DNA of 64,000 nt, taken from Candidatus Uhrbacteria bacterium (GTDB lineage Bacteria > Patescibacteriota > Patescibacteriia > UBA9934 > GWF2-40-263). How positions within the stretch are numbered: position 1 is the first letter of the stretch; each line of letters starts with the position of its first letter. The stretch lies in contig JACRJU010000015.1 of the NCBI GenBank assembly GCA_016219925.1, positions 4,672-68,671 on the forward strand, read 5' to 3'. Positions 18,283 through 27,388 of the stretch are shown here, in pieces. The notes beneath the pieces are model-generated. The model was not told where the DNA came from. It searched no databases and saw nothing but the letters and a program-made list of their open reading frames with translations. Both the position numbers and the translations under genes were made by a program.

Positions 18283-19386
18283 ATGAAACATTCTGCTCAC
18301 ACAATGGATGTCCCGCTCCTTCTGATCGTTTTCGCGATTGTTCTTTTTGGATTGATCATGCTCTGGTCCGCTTCGGCGCCCAGCGGCTATGAGCAGTTTT
18401 CAGACAGCTATTATTATTTGAAGCATCAACTCATTTTTGGATTCATTCCCGGGGTGGCCGCGATGTTTCTTCTTTCACGTGTTTCCTATACGTTTTGGCA
18501 CCGACATGCGTGGAATCTGCTCATCATTTCTCTTGCCTTGCTCGTTTTGGTTTTTATTCCGGGCGTTTCCGCAGGAATCGGGACAGCTCATAGCTGGATT
18601 TCGGTAGGTGGATTGTTTTCCGTTCAGCCCTCCGAGATCGTGAAGCTGACTTTTTTGTTTTATCTTGCGGCGTGGTTGGGCGCGCGCGATGAACACGGGA
18701 TGCGCGATGCGCATTCGGGTTTCTTGCCGTTTCTTCTCGTACTCGGAACAATTATGTTGTTGATGGTTCTTCAGCCGGATATCGGCACGATGTCCATCAT
18801 CGCCGCCATGGCGCTCGTGGTGTATTTCACGGCAGGTGCGCCGATCGTTTATGTGGGGGGACTCATTTTGGCGGGGGTGGGAGCGCTCACGATACTCATT
18901 AAGGCCGCCCCCTATCGCGCCGCGCGATTCACAACATTTCTGCATCCCGAGCTTGATCCAAAAGGAATCGGTTATCACATCAATCAAGCTCTTCTTGCGA
19001 TCGGTTCCGGCGGATTTTTTGGTCTTGGGTATGGCCACTCGCGACAAAAGTTTCAGTACCTGCCGGAAGTCGCTGGTGATTCTATTTTTGCCGTTGTGGG
19101 AGAAGAACTCGGATTTGTAGTTTCTTTGCTGGTGATCGGAATATTTTTGCTCTTGTTGTGGCGTTTGCTTCACATCGCGCAACATGCGCCGGACAAATTC
19201 GCCAAATATGTCGTCATCGGTATTGCGTCTTGGATTTGTATTCAGGCGTTTGTGAATATCGGTTCGATGGTTGCCTTGATGCCCATCACAGGTGTACCGT
19301 TGCCGTTCATCAGTTACGGTGGAACATCCCTTGCGGTGACAATGGCCGCAATCGGTGTTGTGCTCAACATTAGTAAACACGCATGA
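18283..19386 (+). CDS. ftsW: Peptidoglycan glycosyltransferase FtsW/RodA (SEDS family)
   Basis: It has SEDS-family topology and motifs (PSE.VKL; GGTSL near the C-terminus) and sits between mraY and murG. Confidence 0.85.
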   Translation: MKHSAHTMDVPLLLIVFAIVLFGLIMLWSASAPSGYEQFSDSYYYLKHQLIFGFIPGVAAMFLLSRVSYTFWHRHAWNLLIISLALLVLVFIPGVSAGIGTAHSWISVGGLFSVQPSEIVKLTFLFYLAAWLGARDEHGMRDAHSGFLPFLLVLGTIMLLMVLQPDIGTMSIIAAMALVVYFTAGAPIVYVGGLILAGVGALTILIKAAPYRAARFTTFLHPELDPKGIGYHINQALLAIGSGGFFGLGYGHSRQKFQYLPEVAGDSIFAVVGEELGFVVSLLVIGIFLLLLWRLLHIAQHAPDKFAKYVVIGIASWICIQAFVNIGSMVALMPITGVPLPFISYGGTSLAVTMAAIGVVLNISKHA

Positions 19387-20447
19387 AGATTTTGTTGGCC
19401 GGAGGAGGAACACTCGGCCCCGTCACCCCCCTGCTTGCTCTCGTTGAAGCCTGGCGCGCACGCGACCCGCAAGCGCAATTTGTGTTTGCCGGAACTCCAA
19501 CCGGGCCTGAACGTTCGATTGTTGAACGTCAGTATCACGTTGCGTTTCGGCCAATTCCGGCTGTGCGATTTGAACGGTTTTTCAGTTTGGAGTGGTTCGC
19601 TTTGCCGGTGTTTGTCCTTATCGCTCTGATCGCCGCTTTCAAAATGATCATTCAGGAAAAACCTGATGTGATTGTGGGGGCAGGAGGATATACCCAAGTC
19701 CCGATGATCATGGTTGGGTGGATTCTGCACGTACCTTCGTTTGTATTTCAGACGGATGTACGCCCCTTATTATCTACACGTCTCGCCGCGCCATTTGTGC
19801 ATCGCATTTATCTTGGATGGTCGCAGACAACATCGTTTTGGTTACACAAAAAAATGGAAGTCCTAGGTGTCCCCGTCCGTGCGTCTTTGCAGACAGGCTC
19901 ACGCGAGCGCGCCATAAAACGATTTGGTTTGGATGCCAGCAAGAAAACTCTGTTGGTGATTGGTGGCGGAACCGGTTCGCTCTGGTTCAATGAACAGTTG
20001 GTTCAGATCGTTCCTCAGCTTGCGCAAGCGTTTAATGTGATTCATTTGACGGGGCGCGGAAAAACGCCGCGCTCGCTTGAGCACCCACCGGGAGGATATT
20101 TCTGTGCGGAAATTTTAGATGAGGGGATGGAAGATGCCTATGCGGCGGCAGATCTCGTTCTGGCGCGCGCGGGGATGGGAACGATTAGTGAACTGTCGGC
20201 TCTTGGCAAATGCGCAATCCTGATTCCATTGCCTCATTCTGCCCAGCGCGAGAATGCTCAAGCGATGGAACAAGGAAGAGCCGCGCGTGTGCTTGATCAA
20301 GATCAGACAGATGCGTCAATGCTTCTTGATGAAATACGTTCACTGATGGAAGACCCGCAAAAACGGGAGGTGTATCAACAGCGCATAAGAGTTGTGTTGC
20401 GCACGGATGTCACAGACACTGTCATCAATCACATTTTGCAAAAATAA
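19383..20447 (+). CDS. murG: UDP-GlcNAc:undecaprenyl-PP-MurNAc-pentapeptide GlcNAc transferase
   Basis: The N-terminal G-loop (ILLAGGGTLGPVTP) and a GT28 C-terminal domain match MurG. It is translationally coupled to ftsW. Confidence 0.85.
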   Translation: MKILLAGGGTLGPVTPLLALVEAWRARDPQAQFVFAGTPTGPERSIVERQYHVAFRPIPAVRFERFFSLEWFALPVFVLIALIAAFKMIIQEKPDVIVGAGGYTQVPMIMVGWILHVPSFVFQTDVRPLLSTRLAAPFVHRIYLGWSQTTSFWLHKKMEVLGVPVRASLQTGSRERAIKRFGLDASKKTLLVIGGGTGSLWFNEQLVQIVPQLAQAFNVIHLTGRGKTPRSLEHPPGGYFCAEILDEGMEDAYAAADLVLARAGMGTISELSALGKCAILIPLPHSAQRENAQAMEQGRAARVLDQDQTDASMLLDEIRSLMEDPQKREVYQQRIRVVLRTDVTDTVINHILQK

Positions 20448-20483
20448 AGAGACACCTCATCGGGTGTCCCTTCATTTTGACGA

Positions 20484-20657
20484 TTAAGCGGCTGCTTCGT
20501 CGCCACCTTCCTCCGGGGCGTTTTCGCCCTCGGTTGGCGCTGCTGGTTCAGCAGCTGGCTGTGATTCCATAGAACCACCCGCACAGTCTGGGCACTTCTG
20601 CTCGGCATCGAGTTCTGCAGGTGCGCCGCACGCTGTGCAAACTCCGGATCCTTCCAT
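20484..20657 (-). CDS. Small zinc-ribbon protein with acidic Pro/Ala/Glu-rich tail
   Basis: The motif CTACGAP...CPDCAG provides four Cys. The start is either MEGSG or the upstream MLIHIN. Confidence 0.35.
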   Translation of the reverse strand: MEGSGVCTACGAPAELDAEQKCPDCAGGSMESQPAAEPAAPTEGENAPEEGGDEAAA

Positions 20658-20777
20658 AAGAGTATGGTTTATGTGAATTAGCATTGGAAGTTTACGTGTC
20701 TGGTTTTATTCTGTCAAACCTCATATTCCACTCTTTCATTTGAACAGAAATACCGTCCTAAAAACTAGGACGGTATT

Positions 20778-20853
20778 TGGTGCGCCGGGAGGGGGTCGAA
20801 CCCTCGACCACGAGCTTAAAAGGCTCTTGCTCTACCACTGAGCTACCGGCGCA
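20778..20853 (-). tRNA. tRNA-Lys (anticodon TTT), CCA encoded
   Basis: The reverse complement folds as a cloverleaf: acceptor GCGCCGG, D-arm GCTCAGTGGTAGAGC, anticodon loop CTTTTAA, T-arm GAGGGTTCGACCCCCTC, then CCA. Confidence 0.85.
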
Positions 20854-20887
20854 ATAAAATAAGCGACAAAAATGTATCACTCTTATA

Positions 20888-21016
20888 GAGTTTTGGCAAG
20901 ATGAATTGGGATAAAAAAATCCAGGCAGAAGGGCCTGGGGAAGAGGTGTGCCGTGTTAGGACGACTTGTCCAGGACGAGCGGGAGGCCGAGCTTGCGCAC
21001 GAGCGCGACGAGCTCA
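20888..21016 (-). repeat. 129-bp direct repeat, copy 1 (3' end of paralog gene plus its terminator)
   Basis: It is identical to 21826-21954. On the minus strand it includes the terminator hairpin CCAGGCCCTTCTGCCTGG plus TTTTTTT, and the last ~20 codons of the gene (…AELVALVRKLGLPLVLDKSS). Confidence 0.85.
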
Positions 21017-21708
21017 GCGAGCTTCGCCTCGTGAAGCGTGTTCGGACGTGTGTTGGGTGGTGGCGGCTGGGTGAACGCGTGGTCCCCGACTTTATACGTG
21101 ACCACGTTATTGCGTTCGTGACTCCAGTACGTATTCCATCTTCTGAGCGAGCACAGGGCTTCGATCGTTGTGGAGTCGATCGTCTGCCCGTCAAAGTGGA
21201 AGGCTACGTTGAACGTCAGGAGTTGATCGTTCTGGTGAAAGATGAACGTTGCGTAACCAGGAATGTCGCTGAGAGTGCCATCTATGGAGTACTGCCAGCC
21301 ATAGTTTCCAGATGGGACGAACCCGAACCACTCTGTGTCGCTATGTGCCAAGGGTTCGGGTACTGTTGGGACATCCCGCAGAAGGCCTTCGTAGAACCAT
21401 CGGAGCACGTTTGGTCCTGCAAGGGTGGAAGGGCAGGCGCGCTTGAACTCTTGCAGGAGAGTATGATCGTTCGGATGCATGATGGAGTCCACACTTCCGA
21501 CGATACCGGTTCCCGTGTCCAGCAGGTCCTCGCACTCCTGCAGAAGTTGCGCGAAGAGGTCGCGCGTCAGTCGAGCCTCTGGCGGAATGATCGTATTGTG
21601 TAGCCTCTGCAAGCGCGCTACCGAACGCGCACCAAGCACGAGAATGAGGTATGGCATCCACATACCATGTTCCGCGAGTCGGTCTCGTAGTGTCGACTGA
21701 TAGTTCAT
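20956..21708 (-). CDS. Hypothetical protein, GC-rich, tandem paralog A
   Basis: It is a 250-aa ORF with no recognised domain. It is homologous to the downstream-adjacent paralog B; for example, ILVLGARSVARLQRLHNTIIP aligns with ILMLGARSATHFQHLHDKVIP. Confidence 0.55.
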   Translation of the reverse strand: MNYQSTLRDRLAEHGMWMPYLILVLGARSVARLQRLHNTIIPPEARLTRDLFAQLLQECEDLLDTGTGIVGSVDSIMHPNDHTLLQEFKRACPSTLAGPNVLRWFYEGLLRDVPTVPEPLAHSDTEWFGFVPSGNYGWQYSIDGTLSDIPGYATFIFHQNDQLLTFNVAFHFDGQTIDSTTIEALCSLRRWNTYWSHERNNVVTYKVGDHAFTQPPPPNTRPNTLHEAKLAELVALVRKLGLPLVLDKSS

Positions 21709-21825
21709 TTCACACCTATTGCCTTGTGTTGCCTTCTGCGATTTCCTTTCTTCTGTTTTTGCGATTTCAAGACCAAGTTGAAATTAGTACGATTGTAATA
21801 AACTGTCAACAACCTCACATTCCAC

Positions 21826-21954
21826 GAGTTTTGGCAAGATGAATTGGGATAAAAAAATCCAGGCAGAAGGGCCTGGGGAAGAGGTGTGCCGTGTTAGGAC
21901 GACTTGTCCAGGACGAGCGGGAGGCCGAGCTTGCGCACGAGCGCGACGAGCTCA
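21826..21954 (-). repeat. 129-bp direct repeat, copy 2
   Basis: Identical to 20888-21016. Confidence 0.85.
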
Positions 21955-22714
21955 TTGAGCTTCGCTTGGTCGATCTCGCACTTGTCGGGCAGGTTGGTTT
22001 CCGGAAGCGTGAAGCTGTCATCGGGGAAGATGTAGAAGATCTCGTACCTCTCTCCGTGAACGCTGTAGGAGCAATCCCAGGGGGAGGAAGTTCGAGAAGC
22101 GCTGAAGTCGTCAGGTGCTCAAGCTGTGAGGCCTTGAGGTGCACATGGACGATCAGCATCCGTTCCGTCTTGGTGGCGATGTAGCCTTTGGGGAGTACGA
22201 CTCCTTCGGGCAGATCCGTCTTGCTGTTGTGAAGACGGAAGGTGAAGGTCACAGGGCAGGAGACCTCGCCCAGTATGCACTTGATCCACGTTCCCAGACC
22301 GTCTTCGTCGGACACGAGGATGTCGCGGTTCCAGAGGTCTCCGTCTGGGATGGGCGTCTGCTTGCTGTGTTCGCTCAGGAGGGTTTGGTAGTACCTCTGA
22401 AGCGTTGCCGGTTTTTGGGAATTTCCTCTGCGAGCGCGGTTGAACTCCCGCAGGAGCATCTCGTCGCTGGGACGCGCGAAGCGGCTCGAGCGTTTGGCGT
22501 CGCCTTCTCCCGTCTCCAGCATCCGTTCGCGTTCCTGCTTGAGCGCGATGAAGAGGTTACGAGGAAGCCGACACTCCAGAGGGATCACCTTGTCGTGTAG
22601 ATGCTGGAAGTGCGTTGCGGAACGCGCTCCCAGCATGAGAATGACGAAGGCCGTCCGCAGCCCGTACCTGTCCAGCAGGTCGAGCGTTGGAAACTCACTG
22701 TTCATGGGTATCAC
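21894..22714 (-). CDS. Hypothetical protein, tandem paralog B; apparent frameshift near a C5/G5 homopolymer at ~22088-22096
   Basis: The N-terminal ~205 aa are in one frame. The conserved C-terminus (…KLNELVALVRKLGLPLVLDKSS, stop at 21894-21896) is in another frame. The longest single ORF (21815-22714) instead reads through into a Ser/Arg-rich out-of-frame tail. Confidence 0.45.
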
Positions 22715-22949
22715 CGTGTTGGTCTTTGAACTTTTCCTAAACCGCCAAGCGGCTGCATGCGGGTGACCATTTCCGCACGCAAGGATTCTGCTCGTCCTAT
22801 GGACGCTTTCACTGCAGAGTGTCCATCGGGTCGCGTCAAAGACGTTTGCTCACCATGAGCTGACCCGTTTTTCCGTCCTATGGACGGCTTCCTTTGTGAT
22901 GGAAGGAAGAAGTATAAGTTAGCTCACCTGTGATAAACTGTCAACATCT

Positions 22950-25550
22950 ATGATTCCTTTCGCCTCGTGGCATACCGAGCCCTTTTCCGCTGTTCTTAAA
23001 GCATTTGAAACGACCACGCAGGGATTAGCCGATGCAGAAGTTCTTGCTCGACAAAAAAGTTTTGGTTTGAATGAACTCCCCAAAGAGAAATCGGTTTTCT
23101 GGTGGGTTATTTTTGGTCGTCAGTTTTTGAGTCCGCTCATGCTGATTCTGATCGTCGCTTCAATCCTTTCTGGATTGTTAGGAGATCCGATTGATGCCGC
23201 GGTTATTTTTGCCGCTGTCGTGCTTAATACCGTCATTGGCTTTGTTCAGGAATTCAAAGCAGACCGCGCTCTGACTCGGCTCCAATCGCTTGTGAAGCCT
23301 GTGGCTCTCGTGCGACGCGCAGGTCGTACTGTGAAAGTGAAGGCACGTGATTTGGTCCCCGGAGATATTTTGCTTTTACATCTAGGCGATCAGGTGAGCG
23401 CGGATGCGCGCTTGATCGAGTCTGTTGAACTTCAAGTCAACGAAGCGCCTCTGACTGGCGAATCTTTGCCCGTCCTTAAACACGTCGAGCCGCTTGGAAA
23501 AACGGTTGCGCTTGCCGAGCGCGCTGATATGGTTTTTGCGGGTACCAGCATTGTCGGCGGACACGGACAAGCCGTCGTGGTTGCAACGGGGTTGCAAACG
23601 CAGATCGGCAACATTGCCAACCTTATTGCCACCACCGATGAGACACAGACGCCGCTTCAACAACAGCTCGTTCATCTCGCGCATTGGATTTCTTTTCTTG
23701 TTGTTGGTTTGGTCGCGATTTTATTTGTGTTGGGCGTTGTCGTTGGTCGCGATACCTTGCAGATGTTTGAAGTCGCCGTCGCTCTTGCGGTCGCGGCGAT
23801 TCCCGAAGGTCTCGCGGTTTCGGTGACCATTATTTTAGCGATCGGGATGCAGCGGATTTTGAAGCGCCGAGCCCTCGTTCGCAAAATGATCGGAGCCGAA
23901 ACGCTTGGGAGTGTTTCGGTGATTTGTTTTGATAAAACCGGGACGCTCACGCAGGGAGAAATGCGTGTGACATTCGTCCTCTTGCCCGATCAAACTGTTG
24001 ACGCCGCGCGCGTCCATGAAAAATCAGATGGACCTATCAGAGAACTGCTTGAAGATTTGGTCCTTTGTAATGATGCCCAGCGGGCAGACGGACAAGACGG
24101 GAAGGAGATTTCGGGAAGCCCAACTGAGCGCGCGCTCTTGGCATTTGTCATGGAATCCGGGGTTGATGTGCAAAAGGCGCGCGACCATGCTCCCCGCGTG
24201 AGCGAAATTTCTTTTGACTCTTCGCGCAAGTTTCATCTCACTCAACATCAATACGGCGATGCGTTCCGAACGGTCATGACCGGCGCTCCAGCAAAAATTT
24301 TAGCGGCGTGCGATTTATCCGAACATAAGCGCGTTTCCATTGAGAAGCAGATTGAGGATTTTGCAAAAAAAGGTTTGCGATTGGTGGCGGTAGCTCGAAG
24401 AACGGATATCAAACCGTTCGAACATTCTTCTACAAAAGATTTGGAAGGATTCGATTATCTAGGTTTGGTGGTTCTCCAAGATCCTTTGCGCCTGAACATC
24501 CAGGAAGAGATCGCTGTGGCGCTCCGCGCGGGGATCCGTCCCGTCATGATCACAGGCGATCATCCAGAGACAGCGCGCTGGATTGCCCAGCAAGCCGGCA
24601 TCGAAGCGACGAGCACCTCTGTTCTCACGGGTTCGCAACTAGATGAGTGGGATGATGAGCGGCTCGCAAAGCATATTACGGAAATTGCCGTTTTTGCCCG
24701 CGTCGAACCGCGGCATAAAATGCGTATCGTTCAAGCTTGGCAAAAACACGGAGAGGTGGTGGCGATGACCGGTGACGGTGTGAACGATGCACCGGCGCTT
24801 AAAGCGGCGGATATCGGGATTGCGATGGGGTCGGGGACCGAAGTGGCCAAGCAGGCGAGCGATCTCGTTCTTTTGGACAACAATTTTGCCACGATCACTT
24901 CGGCTGTGGCGGAAGGCCGCGCGATGTTCGATAACATTCGAAAATCCTCCGCCTATCTTTTGGCGGATAGCTTTACCGAAATCATTTTAATCGCCGGGTC
25001 CTTGTTACTCGGACTTCCGACGCCGCTTCTTCCCATTCAAATTCTTTGGATCAATTTAATTTCTGACAGTCTGCCCAATATCGGTCTCACTCTTGAACCG
25101 GCTGAAAAAGATGTGATGACCCAACCACCTCGTCAGCGCACGGAAGCCGTTTTGAACAAAGAAGTAACCGTGATGATTTTCACCATCGGCATCGTGACGG
25201 ATCTCATTTTGTTCATCCTCTATTTTTTACTCCTGCGGTCACTTGGCTCCATTACGGAAGTGCGCACGATTCTGTTTATGGCGGTCGGGATTGATTCGTT
25301 GTTTTACATCTTCGCCCTGCGCAGTTTTCGCCGGACAATTTTTTCTCTCAACCCGTTTTCCAACCTCTGGCTTGTCGGCGGCGTGCTGATCGGTTTTGCC
25401 CTGATGCTCTTGCCTCTCGTTCATCCAGTTCTACGCGACGTGTTTAGCCTCTCCGTCCTGCGCTTGTCCGATTGGCTGGTCTTGCTTATGATGGGGCTGG
25501 TTAAGTTGATCATGATTGAAGCCGTTAAAGAACGCTATTTCTCCGTATGA
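22950..25550 (+). CDS. P-type ATPase, type IIA-like cation transporter (Ca2+/Mg2+-ATPase family)
   Basis: It has DKTGTLT, a PEGL motif in TM4 (IPEGLAVSV), TGDHPETA, GDGVNDAPALK, and ten TM-like segments. Confidence 0.85.
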   Translation: MIPFASWHTEPFSAVLKAFETTTQGLADAEVLARQKSFGLNELPKEKSVFWWVIFGRQFLSPLMLILIVASILSGLLGDPIDAAVIFAAVVLNTVIGFVQEFKADRALTRLQSLVKPVALVRRAGRTVKVKARDLVPGDILLLHLGDQVSADARLIESVELQVNEAPLTGESLPVLKHVEPLGKTVALAERADMVFAGTSIVGGHGQAVVVATGLQTQIGNIANLIATTDETQTPLQQQLVHLAHWISFLVVGLVAILFVLGVVVGRDTLQMFEVAVALAVAAIPEGLAVSVTIILAIGMQRILKRRALVRKMIGAETLGSVSVICFDKTGTLTQGEMRVTFVLLPDQTVDAARVHEKSDGPIRELLEDLVLCNDAQRADGQDGKEISGSPTERALLAFVMESGVDVQKARDHAPRVSEISFDSSRKFHLTQHQYGDAFRTVMTGAPAKILAACDLSEHKRVSIEKQIEDFAKKGLRLVAVARRTDIKPFEHSSTKDLEGFDYLGLVVLQDPLRLNIQEEIAVALRAGIRPVMITGDHPETARWIAQQAGIEATSTSVLTGSQLDEWDDERLAKHITEIAVFARVEPRHKMRIVQAWQKHGEVVAMTGDGVNDAPALKAADIGIAMGSGTEVAKQASDLVLLDNNFATITSAVAEGRAMFDNIRKSSAYLLADSFTEIILIAGSLLLGLPTPLLPIQILWINLISDSLPNIGLTLEPAEKDVMTQPPRQRTEAVLNKEVTVMIFTIGIVTDLILFILYFLLLRSLGSITEVRTILFMAVGIDSLFYIFALRSFRRTIFSLNPFSNLWLVGGVLIGFALMLLPLVHPVLRDVFSLSVLRLSDWLVLLMMGLVKLIMIEAVKERYFSV

Positions 25551-26146
25551 AGCCTTCAGCCTTTTTTGCAAAACTGCGCGTTTCACATCGCGCGCATGAA
25601 CAGCTTCGTCGCGAAGTGATCGCGCTGTCCAATCAGGCTCTTTCAACCAGCAAGCGCGCCATTTTTGCGATGCATCGCGATGATCGCGCAGGGGCGTCAA
25701 CTCTTCTGGCTCAAGCCGATGCATTGTTCAAGAAGGCTGAACGATTATTTAAGCGAGAAGCGGCGCTGGCCCACGAGGGGGCGTATCGCGCGGCGCTTGA
25801 GGAGTATGCGGAGGCTTTGTTGTTCTTACAGTATTTGGAAAAAGGGAAGCTCGGGCCGATTGATCCGCGCGCCATGGAATCGCTCGTGTATCTGGCGGGT
25901 CTGTGTGATACGACCGGCGAGATTGTCCGCTATACCTTAAGGCAAGTGACGCTTGGCAACATACGCCTCGTGACGCTCGCGCGTGACACCGTCGAGATGG
26001 TCATCGAATTTTTGCTCGATTTGGATGCCACGGGCTATCTGCGCACCAAAGCCGATCAAGCCAAAGGAAATCTCAAACGTTTGGAAGAAATTCTCTATGA
26101 CCTTTCTTTGCGACAATCCGTGGATCTTCCATCGCGACGAAGTTGA
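25547..26146 (+). CDS. Translin-family protein
   Basis: YLAGLCDTTGEIVRY matches the translin/TRAX motif YLxGvxDLTGELxR. The C-terminal LEEILYDLSLR matches translin VEEVVYDLSIR. Confidence 0.7.
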   Translation: MKPSAFFAKLRVSHRAHEQLRREVIALSNQALSTSKRAIFAMHRDDRAGASTLLAQADALFKKAERLFKREAALAHEGAYRAALEEYAEALLFLQYLEKGKLGPIDPRAMESLVYLAGLCDTTGEIVRYTLRQVTLGNIRLVTLARDTVEMVIEFLLDLDATGYLRTKADQAKGNLKRLEEILYDLSLRQSVDLPSRRS

Positions 26147-26162
26147 TCTGTTGGAAGAGGAG

Positions 26163-26726
26163 ATGGACGAGATTTTTCGTCGTCATCGCGCAGAACCGAA
26201 TCATAGCGGTTCGCAAATGGAAGATCGTGTGCTGAAGGAGCAAACCGATTTGGAAGAGATAGCCGAAGCCGAGTTGACGCTCCAGATCGGCCCCGAGTAC
26301 TTATTATCGCCGCACGATCAGGAGTTCGAGACGGATGATATCGTTGAGCGACCCATTTTGAATACCCTTAAAGAACAGGCCGCGCGCGATGGGTTGTATC
26401 AGCGTGTGTACCTGTGGGCCAAGGACGTCTTTCACTTCGCGCATCAGGCTTATCAAGTTTCCGGTCGTACAGACGAAGGGCTCTTTCGTACCTATCTTAC
26501 AGTGAAGATGATCCCGATCAAACTCATGGCGATATCTACAGAGAGTCGAATTGGAGATGCGATAAGCGATCAGATCGCCAAAAAAGAATTCGCCTTGTGC
26601 CTGACGTATTTTGAACGAGCACTTGACGGACTCAAACGCCGTTCTCTTTTGGCTGACGAAGAGGCGATTATGCTTTATAAGCAAGGCAAGATGCTTGTGC
26701 AAGCGATCAAAACACGAGGCCTATGA
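26163..26726 (+). CDS. Hypothetical protein, possible divergent translin/TRAX-like partner
   Basis: The motif YQVSGRTDEGLFRTYL weakly resembles the translin motif. It sits immediately downstream of the translin gene. Start is either 26163 or 26097. Confidence 0.35.
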   Translation: MDEIFRRHRAEPNHSGSQMEDRVLKEQTDLEEIAEAELTLQIGPEYLLSPHDQEFETDDIVERPILNTLKEQAARDGLYQRVYLWAKDVFHFAHQAYQVSGRTDEGLFRTYLTVKMIPIKLMAISTESRIGDAISDQIAKKEFALCLTYFERALDGLKRRSLLADEEAIMLYKQGKMLVQAIKTRGL

Positions 26727-27385
26727 ATCGACCTTCCGTCTGCGCCATCATTCCCGCTTTTAATGAAGAGACGACGATCGCCCAAGTCGTCCGTCCGCTT
26801 GTGACGTCTGAAGGGATTGATGAAGTCGTGGTCGTGTCGGATGGTTCAACCGATGAGACAGCACATCTGGCTCGTCGGGAAGGGGCGACGGTTTTGGAAC
26901 TGCCACGTCGCGGAGGAAAAGGCGAAGCGATGCATTTCGGCGTTGAACAGACGACGGCGCAGGTGCTCGCTTTTTTTGATGCGGATTTGCGCGGGCTCAC
27001 GCATGAGCATGTCGAGCGGTTGTTGCTTCCCGTGGTGAATGGAGGGCGATGGATGAATGTTGGTATTCGCGACCGCGGCCGTCTTTGGACATGGGTTTCC
27101 CACCACCTCCCTTTGATTAGCGGGGAGCGAGCTATGCGTCGCGAGGTTTTTGAAGGCATTCCAGCCGAGTATTTGCATGGGTTTATGGTTGAAACTTCTC
27201 TCAATTACTATTGCCGGACGCATCGTCTACGCTATGGGGCCGTGGATTTGCCCGGCTTGTCCATTCGGCGCAAGTACGAAAAAGTGTCCTGGCCCCGGGC
27301 TGTGGTACAATATACTCGTATGTTTTGGCAGGTTGGCGAAGCGATGCTCGTTGTACGCCTCGCTCGTTTATTAAAGAGATTTTAA
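26723..27385 (+). CDS. Glycosyltransferase family 2
   Basis: The N-terminus is CAIIPAFNEE.TI..V…VVVSDGSTDET, a GT2 DXD-type motif. Confidence 0.7.
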   Translation: MNRPSVCAIIPAFNEETTIAQVVRPLVTSEGIDEVVVVSDGSTDETAHLARREGATVLELPRRGGKGEAMHFGVEQTTAQVLAFFDADLRGLTHEHVERLLLPVVNGGRWMNVGIRDRGRLWTWVSHHLPLISGERAMRREVFEGIPAEYLHGFMVETSLNYYCRTHRLRYGAVDLPGLSIRRKYEKVSWPRAVVQYTRMFWQVGEAMLVVRLARLLKRF

Positions 27386-27388
27386 TTT

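Noticed and set aside
21815-21893. The C-terminal Ser/Arg-rich tail (…SRSCASSASRSSWTSRPNTAHLFPRP…) of the longest ORF 21815-22714.
   Set aside because: It is an out-of-frame reading of the 129-bp repeat. The same DNA ends paralog A in the conserved frame (…LVLDKSS), so the real C-terminus of paralog B is in the other frame.
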